Below are positions 52,782 through 64,000 of a stretch of DNA of 64,000 nt, in pieces (positions within the stretch are counted from its first letter, which is position 1; each line of letters starts with the position of its first letter). This DNA comes from Lingula anatina (taxonomy: Eukaryota; Animalia; Brachiopoda). The notes beneath the pieces were generated by a model, which was not told the origin of the DNA, searched no databases, and saw only the letters and a list, made by a program, of their open reading frames with translations. Location: contig JBPQGU010000016.1 in assembly GCA_051362555.1 (NCBI GenBank), forward strand, positions 186,001-250,000. The letters run 5' to 3'. A program made the position numbers and the translations under genes.

Positions 52782-55700
52782 TTAGACCTTGTTAAACGCA
52801 ACGATGTCTGTACTCTGGACCTGAAAAAGAAGTAGAAAAAAAATTATTAAAATTCAAAATACACCCTCATAAAAACAAACAAAAATTGTGAACCTTTACC
52901 CAAGTGACCTTTGCCAAGGTAAGATGAAGATATTTATAATAGTCTTAGCATTACTGTTGAAGAGGGGAAAATTAACATGCTGAACTTACAAAGTCTTCAA
53001 ATTCACGAATTTGATCTTCTAAATCTTCAGTGCTGACTTTATCATCTTCTATTACACACATGATCTGAAGTTTTTTGATGCCATAACCAACAGGGACTAG
53101 CTTAGCTAAAAAGAAAAAGGTAAAATATACAGATATAACAGTTTAGGAAAAGGTTAATTTTCTTCATGTAACCTTTCAAACATTAACAGACAAGAAACAA
53201 GTTTTGTTATTATGATCCTCGTATCTGTTAAAGCTGACTTCACAGGACATGCACACTTGAATATAGAAATAAAAGTTAAAACCAAGTTAAGTAGAACATA
53301 TCAGCATGGGCGTCTGCGGGGGGGGGGGGGGGGGGGGGTAAATGGGGTCACTTGACCCCCCCCCCTGGAATTTTGGCAAGCATGTTAATTGCGGGTACCC
53401 AGCCAATCATTATCTTCCCCTTCAATGACTTTGACCCCCCCCCCCCTTTTGCAAAATTTTCTACAGACACTCATGCATATCAGTAACTTTGTGTGTGTGT
53501 GTGCGTGTGTTCATTTCCAACTAATCAGAGCACCTCTCAATATAAGAACACTAGAAGGTGGAGACACAAAATGTGCCCCCCCCCCCCCCAATGTACTTAC
53601 AGGCTCCCCACACCAGTCCATCCATAACTACAGAACGCACAGACTTCTCCAGCTCCGCCATGTCTGTTTCGTCATCCCATGGCTTGATGTCGAGGACAAC
53701 GGTGGATTTGGCAATCACAGCAGGCTCTGGAATTGTAGAAAAATACAATATCTCAGACACATCTTAGTGTTTAATTGAAAGTATAATATTAATCTTTAAT
53801 GTCTAGGTGAACATGATACAAAGTTACAAATAAAACAACCTAGGGTAATAGGAATATTCTCTTTTTTATATATCTGCCCATTCATACGAAGCAAACCAGA
53901 GTCCGATAGAACTTGCATCATTTCAATACCATAAAAAATAAATTTAAAAAATCAATAACAAATTAAATGAATTTACTGAATTTGTGATATTTGATAACAA
54001 GGAAGAGTATTTGACAACGAAAGGCCTACAACTTTTTTTTCTTACTAACAAGCCATCTACCCCCTGTCATGTCCACATAAATCAAACACTTCATTCTCCT
54101 TACTTTTAGATTTCTTAGCCGCATAAGCTTCCAGTCTCTCTTGTTTCAGCTTCTCTGCTGCTGCATCTTCGTCTTCATCACCAGATCCAAACAGCTCAAA
54201 ATCATCATCATCGTCGTCATCATCATCTGCTGGAGCTGGCTTAGCAGGTGCTGGTTTAGCAGGTGCTGTCTTGGCCGGTGCTGCCCCCTTTCCACTCTCC
54301 AGGGCAGAGATTCTGGAGGTCAGTTTTGTGACCATGGCCTGGAGGTCCTGGGTCACTGGAATTCACAACATAGTGACCATCATGTGGATACTGACCGAAA
54401 GATCTCAATTTACTCAAAATTCACATGCTTAGATCACAAAGCAATTTTTGTAAGGACCTTGCACGGATTTGGCTAAGAATAGCATTCGCCTGTCATCACT
54501 CTTCAAAATTAAATAAAACAAATCAATTTTTGGACTTCTGAAAAGCTCTTTTTTTACATGACATTTATGGAACAAATAACTTTTTGGACTTTTGAAAAGC
54601 TGTCAATTTTTTACATGTATGCAATTTAAAATTAATGGAATCACCCTTTATTTAAAAAAAGATACCTTTCTCCAGATGTTCTATTCTACCGAGCATGGCC
54701 GAGTCTCCACTTACAGCAGATCCCTGCAATATATATAATAATATATAATATAAAAAACACACAGACAGATTACAGCAGATCTCTGCAATACATAATATAT
54801 GCAGATCCCCCCCCCCCCCCCCCCCGAGTCCTTCAATATCCTGCAACTTATATTGTTAACAGGATTTGACAAATTTACTTTTTAACATGGTAAAAATTAA
54901 ATAGGTATATTATATATCATATGTATAAATGAAATTTAAAGATTGCTAAAGAAGTTTTGAAGCACTTAATATACTACGACCTGATACTTAAGTAACACAG
55001 GCAATTCAAAAATTTCAATGGTGCAAATGATCAATTAAAAATGACACGAATAAAGAAATATAGGCATTTCAAAAATTTCCATGGTGCAAATAATCAATTA
55101 AAATGACATGGTTAACTCATTGTGATAATTCATTTAAATGCCTCATCCTCAAGACATCTGGATAAAAATATAAAATTATTAACTACCACCTGTACTTTCC
55201 TCATCATACATACATAACCCTTATCCAACTTGTTAGATCTCTCACATGCATCACAGAAAAGGCCAAGAACAAATAGCTCATTTCAACTTGGTGATAAATT
55301 TATGAAGTCACAATAAACAAAAGAAAAAAAAATGACGAAAACAAAATAAAAAAATATTTCTCATGTAATAATTTGCCTGCCATTAGAGCATGCATTACAA
55401 AATTATTTGCACATTCTTACTAAAAGAATATGAATGCTAAGCACAAGACGTATTGGAAATAGTTCAGTTGAGCAATAATGTCATTATAGACAAAAAAAGC
55501 TTTTAAACTTTCAGAATACATGCAAAAAAGTATTAAAAATCCATTTTTCTTTCTGCAAATCATAAATAGGATGAAACAACTATGTTTTATTCTTTAAAAT
55601 CTTAAAAATCCATTTTTCTTTCTGCAAATCATAAGTGGGATGAAACAACTATGTTTTATTCTTTTAAATTGATAACTTATTTCACTGTATCATATAAAAA

Positions 55701-58700
55701 TGGGAAAAAATCAAATTTGTTCAAATCTTTTTAGTCCAATTATCCTGAGCATCTGGAGTTTCTTTTCTTTTTTTTTTTAATCTTGAAGTAGACTAAGAAC
55801 ATCTCTTAGGTTTATATTCAAATAATGATTTTTAAATATCCCCTGTCTCATACTTAAAAAAAAAAAATAACACATCTGCTATCTTCAATTCTAATACACG
55901 AGACATCAAAATAAAAAGGACAAAGTACAATTAAGTCTAGGTAATAAATGAATAATGCTAAGCTAGGGGTTGGTAAGGCAGGAGAAAAATCAGGTAAGAG
56001 TCTTCCACTGAAATATATACAGGTACATATAATGCCAAGCTTATACCCCATTCCCACACCTAAATCGATCTAACAGAATTGATCCATCTCTGAGGGGTTT
56101 CTCACTAAATAGCAATCAACTTAAGAAGCTTAGATGTCTGTCACGCTTACTGAAGCTGCTAGGGGGTAATTTATTGTAATTTAGCAGCTTCAGTAGGCAT
56201 GCTAGACATCAAAGCCACTTAAGCTGAAATCAATTTAGCGAGAAACCCCTTGGAGATGGATTGATCCTGTTAAATCAATCTAGGTATGGGAATGGAGTCT
56301 TAGAAGCACAGGGTTGATCACTGAGAAAGATGCGAGTCACTGCCTTTTTTCTTTCCATGACAATTTGATTGAAATGTTCAGTGCATAACATTACAATACT
56401 CTATGAAATAAAAGATGCTATGGATATACATTGAACAACAAATTACTCACATCTGACTTTAATGTGTTTTGAATTCTCTGCCTAGCTTGTATAATCTGAT
56501 CCACTAGTTCACTGTGCTTAGACCCCTACAATAAGATCAAAACAATGTCCACAAAAAATTAGTCTCTCTGCAGTTGAGAGATGACGGTCAGTAATACAAG
56601 AGCAAGATGCTTTTGATATAAAATTAAGTTCGAAAAACTGAGTACAAATCACCAAAATGTAAAGTGAAAAAAAAAAACCCTATTGCCATATTATGATTTC
56701 TCACAAAATAAAATATTTTTCATAAATGGTAGTAAAAACAAGGCAGCAAAGCTGTCAAATGTACAGACAAAAAACAGGAAATAACTATGCACAAAATAGG
56801 CTACTGTCAATTCTGATGCAAAAATACATTATGTTAAACTGCAAATTCAACATCAAATTTTAATTATCCTCAACAGGTAATACCAATGTAATTAAAATAT
56901 GTGACAAGTTTACACTTTGAAAATGTATAACTTCCAGAATAAGAAGTCACTTAGACTGCTTTTCCAACTCAGACTGCATTTTAGTCCTGTATTTTTTTTT
57001 TTTTTTTTGAAAGTTTGGCAATCATAAGTAACATGGTTTTCCCATAATGGTCATCATGGCAGCAGCACCCAAAATTGTGTTTTCTTCTATTCTGATGCAA
57101 TATTACATAATGGTTAACAGCATAATGACCGTCAATTTTTAATAATAAAATATACGTATCATGGATTTTCAGAAAATGTGACTAGCATGGGTCTTCAAGC
57201 CCGTGGAACTTCAAAGTCACACCTTGAAAATGCCAATATGTGAAAAATTAAATTTTCACAAAATAACTGTTTAACTGGCAGTAAGAATTACCAAACAGAC
57301 TGTATTTCCTACTGAAGCTGTATTTTAGTCCCATGTTTCTTTCCTGTAAGTTTGAGAACAGTAAATGACATGGTTTTTCTTAAATGGTCATCATGGGAGC
57401 AGTGCCCAAAATAGTTTTTTTTTTCAAATTTTGATGCTATATTACATAATGTTTAACAGCATAATGACCATCAACTTTAATGGATATTCAGAAAATGTGA
57501 CTAGCAAAGGTCTTCAGGCTCATGGAACTTCAAAGTCACAACTTGAAAATGCCAAAATGTAAACGAGACAGCACTGTTCTGAAATGTTTTTTTTTCCATT
57601 TTTAACAATTTTTTACATAAAACAAAATTAACAGTTTTCTGCCGTTTTTATATGATCAACTAAGAAAATTGATGAGATGGGAAAAATATCAATAGAGCAG
57701 TGTTAAATGTCCAATTTCTTCCATTCTGAGATTCTGAACATAGTGAATGATTGAATCTGACAAAATGCAATGATATGAGTTTGATTCCATTTTTGACACT
57801 TTATTACACAATACACGATAACAAGTTTACCATCATTTTTACATAATCAACTAACAATGTTGTAAAGATGCAGGAAATGTCAAACAAACACTTTTATGTA
57901 TCTAATTAGTTAAATAATAAGGTTATTAACATGCCTAAGAACTGAATCTGAGGAAATCTGAGGAAATGTGAAAAAACAGCATAACTTCTAAAATAATGCC
58001 CCGATTATGCTGATTTTCGAACTCAACCTGCGTTTTAGTAAGACTGACCATTCCTGTGAGTTTAATGACAATTGGGCTTTCTGTTTTTCTTATATTGTGT
58101 TTACAGCGTTGCATATATGCTGAACAATGAAAAAAACGCATAACTACTAAAATAGTGGCCCGATCATGCTGATTTTCGAACTTGACCTGCGTTTTAGTAA
58201 GATTGATTACTCCTGTGAGTTTCATGACAAAAAGCTTAGCGGTTTTCATTGAAATGTGTTTACAGTGTTGCATATATGCTGAAAAGTGAAAAAAACAACA
58301 TAACTTCTACATTAATGGCCCGATCATGCTGATTATCGAACTTGACCTGCATTTTATGAATATTCATCAGCTCTGTAAATATACAGCCAAAAAGTAAAAC
58401 TGCCTTCCACTTATCGTGTTGCATATATGATGTGAGTTTCATGACAACAGGCCTAACGGTTTTCCTTAAAATGTGTTTACAAGGTTGCATATATGCTGAA
58501 AAGTGAAAAAACAGCATAACTTCTACAATAATGGCCTGATCATGCTGATTTTCGAACTTGACCTGCGTTTTATGAATATTCATCAGCTCTGTAAATATAA
58601 AGCCAAAAAGTAAAACTGCCTTCCACTTATCATGTTTACAAGGAAAGTGCATGGGGACGGCATCGGCATCGGCATCGCCATCGGCATCGGCGACGACAGA

Positions 58701-59754
58701 CGCAGGTGATGGCAATATGTACAGACACATCTGTGTCTGTACATAAAAAGTAGCCCTTAAGTTTGAATGCCCTTTTCACCTTCCTTTCTCACCACAGAGT
58801 CAAATAACAGAACAGAACAGAACAGGTAGAACACGTAGAACATATTGCGTCATTTCACAACACAACTCTGAAGTTCTGAAATATTATCCCCCAATAAAAA
58901 CTTTCTGTGAAAAATATCAGAAAAAATATTATTTTCTTTTAATTAGCTGATGCTAGTGCTGTCCTCTCCATACAATTACAATACCAGTATACCTTTTACC
59001 CGGCGCTTTAAATATGCTATGTAGGCCTGAAGGCAGGTGGTGGGGGGAGGAGTTTGGAAGAACCATCATTATGGACAGAACAGGTCCAGTAAGACTCAAA
59101 TTTTGACCCAAGTTCTATAGAATTTTTCAAGTTTGATTAACTAAGGGGGTAAAGTACACTTTTTCAGACCCACCCCCATCCTCTATGAAATTGCCGACTA
59201 CAGGCCTACTGTGTGATCCTCCACAACCTTGGAATAGTGTCAGTCTGTAGTTTGCCTCAGTTTTTGGCCTTACATGCTACAAAGGTAAAGCATCTTGATA
59301 CCCTGTGCTAGAAATGTTCCGAGGCTTTATGTCATTTTCATATGCAGAAGTGGGGTAAAGATTTACTACAAAGACTAAAATGTGGTTTGTGAACCTTTAT
59401 AAAAGGACTTTAAAAATCTGAGCATATAAAGTACAGTTTGTGACAGAAAACAGTTTTCCCAAGATGTGGATACATATAGCCTCTGGAGTTTCTAACAAAG
59501 GGTGTAATGAGGCCTTATCAATGTAGCAAGGCAAAAAAAAAAAAAATTAGATAAGTCTGTAGTCAGCATCATGCAGCATTGACACTGATCACCTGCTTTC
59601 TCACCTGTTGTCCACCTGTCTTAGTGGGACTAGCCTTGGCACCACCTGTCTGAGCGCCAGCAGTGCCGGCTAGTTTCTCCTGGTACATGCGCTCAGCGTC
59701 ATCAAAGCGCCACTTGTCAAACCACACTTTCTCCTGCATCATTGGCGCTGCCAT
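52782..59754 (-). CDS. EEF1D: Elongation factor 1-delta (eEF1B family); 7 coding exons, about 271 aa
   Basis: Exons 59754-59605, 56525-56451, 54723-54666, 54355-54104, 53726-53601, 53105-52990, 52820-52782 (816 nt). Delta-type N-terminus [19 protein letters not shown] and leucine-zipper region; DDDFELFGS; [19 protein letters not shown]; [14 protein letters not shown]; [12 protein letters not shown]. Confidence 0.95.
53305..53475. mobile_element. hAT-like MITE in an EEF1D intron
   Basis: 8-bp TSD CATATCAG (53297-53304, 53476-53483); TIRs CATGGGCGTCTG / CAGACACTCATG. Confidence 0.8.
56044..56299. mobile_element. PIF/Harbinger-like palindromic MITE
   Basis: Long inverted repeat CCCCATTCCCACACCTAAATCGAT / ATCAATCTAGGTATGGGAATGGAG; TTA flanks. 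Confidence 0.75.
56737..58749 (-). mobile_element. Non-autonomous Helentron/HINE-like element, copy B (EEF1D intron)
   Basis: Same termini as 16298-18644 (AACAAGGCAGCAAAGCTGTCAAATGTACAGACAAAAA ... TATGTACAGACACATCTGTGTCTGTACATAAAAA); (CATCGG)n microsatellite; about 155-bp tandem units. Confidence 0.78.
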
Positions 59755-60599
59755 TGTCTGCTGGTGCTAGGGAGGCAACTCTGTACTGAGTATACAGAAA
59801 TAAAAATGACATGTTACTTCAGAACATAGTCACACATATCCAAGTCTCTCTGTCACCTTGATTGTTTAATCAAACTGGTAATTGAACCTAAAACCACAGT
59901 CCTGTATAGTCATGCCAGACTTTTGTATAGTCCTGGAATTGTACTTGATGTTTCCATGGTTTTCTAGTTAACAGAGGTACTAAGGTCCAATTTTAGGAAC
60001 AGATTTAAAAGCAAAAATAGGAGGATGTAGCCTGGGAAATTAAAAGTAGGTGTACCAAGTGTGAGGGTTACCCAATGTCTGCTTTTCTTTTATTTGGACT
60101 TTTATTGCCTATTTTTTTCTGAGATTTTGTTTCATTAGCCCATATTATTTTATGGTATATATGGGATGTATATGGTGATTTTATTGAATCTGTTGTAAAA
60201 AAAATTGATTTTTTATGATAAGGGTTGACTATTATGATGTTTTTATGTCGTTTTCTATTCTGAGGTACATTTACCAGGCTGATTAACCAATCAAGGTGAC
60301 AGCTGAGTGTGCACCCATCCAACTCTGACAATGATAGCATGACTTTACGCCCATCAAGTTAAAACTTCGGCAAACTCTATTATGCAAGTTCTCCACAATT
60401 ATGATTTAGTAAGAAGATGCATACTACTAAATATCAAAATTGAACTCTGTGTTAATGTTACGCTGGTGTACATTATTTTAATCCAACTTTGACAAGAAAA
60501 ATATCACCGCATATTGTTGAAACGTGTCAGTCACTTTTGTGAAACAACCAAACGCCGGGGCATTCTTTTCTTTTTCATAAAAACAGACACGTCTTTAAG

Positions 60600-60950
60600 T
60601 TACCTAAAACATGACAATAAGCATTAATTTTAACTAGGCAACTGGTTATTTCAATATTTCTGTCCGCCATTTCAAACATTTGACAAATATTTGGCAGAGC
60701 TTTCACGTACCGACTGCACAGGTTTGAAACCGGAAGCAAAAGGCCATGTGGAGCCTCGACATCGAAGTGGCTGTCTCGCATCAAATCGACAAACGAAGAA
60801 AATTAAAAAATTTTATATTTTGTCCAAAAAATCTGTAATTTAATTAAATAAAAAATTATTTAAATTGAGTGATTTTGTTTCTTGTGTAAAGGTGTCTAAT
60901 CGTTCACAATTTTTCTTGATAATTGTCACGAGGCAAATCATAGCGTCAAA
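60600..60950. promoter_or_regulatory. Bidirectional promoter EEF1D/CHRAC1 with a putative 5'TOP first exon of EEF1D (about 60742-60711)
   Basis: Minus strand CCTTTTGCTTCCGGTTTC...GTCG|GTACGT; ETS motif ACCGGAAG at 60729; YY1/TISU-like AAATGGCGG on both strands. Confidence 0.65.
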
Positions 60951-62165
60951 ATGGCGGACAAAGAAAAGACAGAAAAGGCGGCACAAATATCTTTGCCTCT
61001 GTCTAGGATTAAGACGATAATGAAGAGCTCCCCAGATGTTTCTAACATAAGCCAAGATTGCCTGTTTCTTATAGCAAAGGCAACAGTAAGTTTTACTTGT
61101 TTCATCAACTATCCATCGTAAAGTCATTACCAACCGTCCCTTTTCCGTTGTTGTTGACAGAGGCAGATCTTACTCAGTGAAACTAAAATTCACACAAAAC
61201 GTCTTTCGAATACCGCACTAGTTGATCAAAACGTCAAAAATCCGATTTAAATCGATAAACCTAGTATTTTTGAATTAAATACACCCAATAAGAATAATGA
61301 GTCCACTCCAATGCTAAAGCTCCCAAATTCTTATTTCTCTTACCTCAACTCCTCAAGTCCCATGCTGATGAAACAGGAACAATTTTACTGTTGACAGCTC
61401 TTTGAACAATACAAAAATCGTAAAACCAATAATATTGCCATGTAATAATATCTTTTTATGTGTTAGCACACATACTAAATATCAGAAAAGTAAATAGAGG
61501 CTAACACATAAATCTTGGTGGAGCTGTGAATTGTAAATGCATTCAGACAAACCCATCATACTAGCTGGATCAATCCAACTCTTGTGGGAAATACTCCTTA
61601 AGTGCAATCAGTGTAATCAGCTTAAATGTCCGATATGCCTCCTCAAGTTGCTAGGGGTAATTAGCTAATTAACTACTAAGTAGCTACTCAAAGAGGCGTG
61701 TCAGACAATTAAGAATGCACTTTAGCGCTAATCTCCAGCAGAGTTGGATAGATCCATCTGGTAGGATGTTTGAATCTGAACTCAGTGGCCCCATTCAGAT
61801 TGAAAGATCCGAATACCAACAGGTCCAAGGCTCAAATATGGCAGACCCTATATGAAAGGAAGACTGCCTAATCCCTGAAATGGGTTTTCCGCCTCTCAAA
61901 TGCCATTACAGGATGAAGCGGCCTTATTTTCCTATATAGGGTCCACCATATTTGAGCCTTGGACCAGTTGATACTCGGATCTTTTATTATGAATGGCCCA
62001 ATCTTCATGCCCTGTGTCCAGGTCTGACTATTTGTTGTTTACAGGAGCTGTTTGTGCAGGACCTGGCTGTAGAAACACTGAAGAGAAGCAGAGAGGAGAA
62101 CAAAGTGGACTATAAAGACCTGGCTGAAATTGTGAACACAGATGATAATTTAGAATTTTTACATG
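60951..62165 (+). CDS. CHRAC1: Chromatin accessibility complex protein 1 (histone fold), first two exons; remainder not found in window
   Basis: Exons 60951-61085 (SLPLSRIKTIMKSSPDVSNISQDCLFLIAKAT) and 62045-62165 (ELFVQDLA...VDYKDLAEIVNTDDNLEFLH). Confidence 0.9.
61540..61780. mobile_element. Decayed palindromic MITE related to the Harbinger-like family
   Basis: TGGATCAATCCAACTCT / AGAGTTGGATAGATCCA inverted pair; similar to the 16480, 30995 and 56044 copies. Confidence 0.55.
61787..62000. mobile_element. Fold-back MITE just upstream of CHRAC1 exon 2
   Basis: About 85-bp inverted arms AAAGATCCGAATACCAACAGGTCCAAGGCTCAAATATGG / CCATATTTGAGCCTTGGACCAGTTGATACTCGGATCTTT. Confidence 0.7.
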
Positions 62166-64000
62166 GTAAGCATTGACAAGCATTATCTTTGATTTATCAT
62201 ACTGACCCTCTCAGCTTCCGCTCAGGGATCAGTTTTTATCTTTTATATATTTATTTGTTCATGGTCAGTAGATAAGTATCTTGTGACATTGTATTGAATT
62301 ATAATAAAGCAATTTGGAAAAAATATATTGCTGGTATCACTTATGTGAGGTGTTTTGTTAGTTGTGGCAGCTTATTGTGCTAGCTGTTCATTTAGTTCTG
62401 GCAGCACAATATGTCTGTCGTTCTGTCAGTTCTGACAGCACATTTTGTTAGATGTTCTGCCTGCTGTGACACAATCCTGCCAATGCAGTGGTGACATTTT
62501 CTATCATTGCTTAAGAGGACAAAGAAACTTGCTACCATTTCTGTCAGGTACTAAGCAGGTTTATATGCGAGTTAGTGCTAAAACTCCCTTTTTCAGCCCT
62601 ATGCTAAAACCGACTTAAATTGGCTACACAAAACAGGGTTGATTTGACTTGTTTTTAGTTAAATTTAGGACATTTTAAGAAAAAAAGTGATGAAAGAGTA
62701 GTGATTTGGCAAAGCAAAAAAAAAAAAAAAAACATTCCCAGTGCTACCCTAGATATGGGTATAATATAGCAATTAACCTGACTCTGATTAAGAATTGGTC
62801 CTGGAGTCAATGAGGTCACGTGAAGTCGGGCGCAGAATGAACAGATCTGATGGCCAGCAAGAATGGTTTCTAACAGATATATTAGGTATAAAATAACAAA
62901 GTTATTGACCTTACTTTGAGAAATGTTCCAAGAGTCAATGAGGTCACAGAGTTAGCAGATCTGATGTTGAACAATAATGGTTTCTAACAGGTATCTAATA
63001 TACTGATATTAAAGTGTTTACACGAGGATCAATAGGTTGGAAGGTGTATTGATAGAGTGGAGAAATAATTCATAAAAAGAATCGATATTTTCCACACTCA
63101 TATGGGATATCAATGGATTGTGTAAGATTAACTCGACCTCAGTAAAACATCTTAAACTGATTCGTAAAGTTGGATAACATGTGAAACCAGTCACACACGT
63201 ATGTGGGCACGCACACAAGCACACACACATGCATGCTTGCAAATGCACACATTGATGATAGATAAATTAATTGATTAAACAATGAAAACAAAGAATAATC
63301 ATTTGTTGTTTTTTTTTCTCCAAATTTCAGTAGATATAATGATGTACTAGTACTTTTTTTTTTTTTTTTGCCTGATAATGGTTTTAGCAAGAGAAAGAGA
63401 CAGATCAGTGCGCACACCTACATTAAGTTTTGAGTTTGCTCTGGGCCTAAGATTTGCCCTTTATTGATGATTATAATTACAAAATTACACATTATTGATG
63501 CCTTCAGTAGTCTGTTCATATTCAGGAAATGGTGCTCCAAAAGGCTACTCTCATGATGTATAACATATTTGGTGTTTGAAAAAATATTGTTCTAATTGAT
63601 TCAGCATTACAGTTTGCATTACATTCTCATTTGAAAGTTCTGTGTCTACTACCACAAAGTGTATAGAATAGCAAGCTAATGTAACTGCTATTGAATTTCT
63701 TTACCTTGACTTCTATTATTTGCATATGATTAGGATCTTAAATCTTGGAGCAAACGGAATAATATTTGATGTGGTACACTTCATGTCATTTTAAATGAGA
63801 AAATATGCAATTAATCCTTCTAACTAGGATTACCATACCTGGGGATAGTTGCATATGATATAATCTTATTGTGGATTTTCACTCTAAGTTTCCAAAGGGT
63901 TTTAATTTCTAAAGGGTTTTAGGTTGGCAATCAATTTCATGACATTATCGTTTGTGGATGAGGGAAACATTGTGGCATTTACTGTTAATGTTCTGGGGTT

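Noticed and set aside
54380-54500. Intronic C/D snoRNA in EEF1D (box C GTGATGA at 54499-54493; ATCTTTCGG resembling a 28S guide)
   Set aside because: No downstream CTGA box D or terminal stem, and the match is only 9 nt; an Infernal/Rfam search would be needed
57935-58730. Repetitive 112-aa and 156-aa ORFs (also 15385-15907, 18327-18726)
   Set aside because: Chance translations of the Helentron satellite and microsatellite
59020-59210. hAT-like MITE with TAGGCCTG ends
   Set aside because: Short TIR and no convincing TSD
63520-63565. Third CHRAC1 exon
   Set aside because: The translation lacks the expected D(I/V)(L/I)P(K/R)K continuation; the exon probably lies beyond the window

Overview
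AT-rich, intron-rich animal genomic DNA. The repeat types suggest a lophotrochozoan or mollusc, which is an inference only. Six housekeeping genes form three head-to-head pairs: NDUFV1(-)/TUBGCP5(+), ZNF706(-)/RCC1L(+) and EEF1D(-)/CHRAC1(+, runs off the window). A possible CARD-like coding fragment lies at the left edge. TUBGCP5 intron 7 (15.3 kb) holds a nested stack of elements: a (CA)n-inserted CACTA-like element enclosing Helentron/HINE-type satellite-carrying sequence, MITEs and an intact young Ty3/Gypsy provirus. Intron 14 holds a 5'-truncated L1/Tx1-type LINE with an intact ORF2. The most unusual signals are these. (1) Decayed 'echo' copies of exon ends with their splice sites recur in adjacent introns at more than ten junctions in five genes. 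(2) The Gypsy primer-binding site copies 39 nt of tRNA-Pro and stops exactly next to position 37. (3) A UUUAAAC slippery site with a predicted pseudoknot joins gag and pol. All exon boundaries were derived by eye from GT/AG sites, reading frame and recalled protein similarity.
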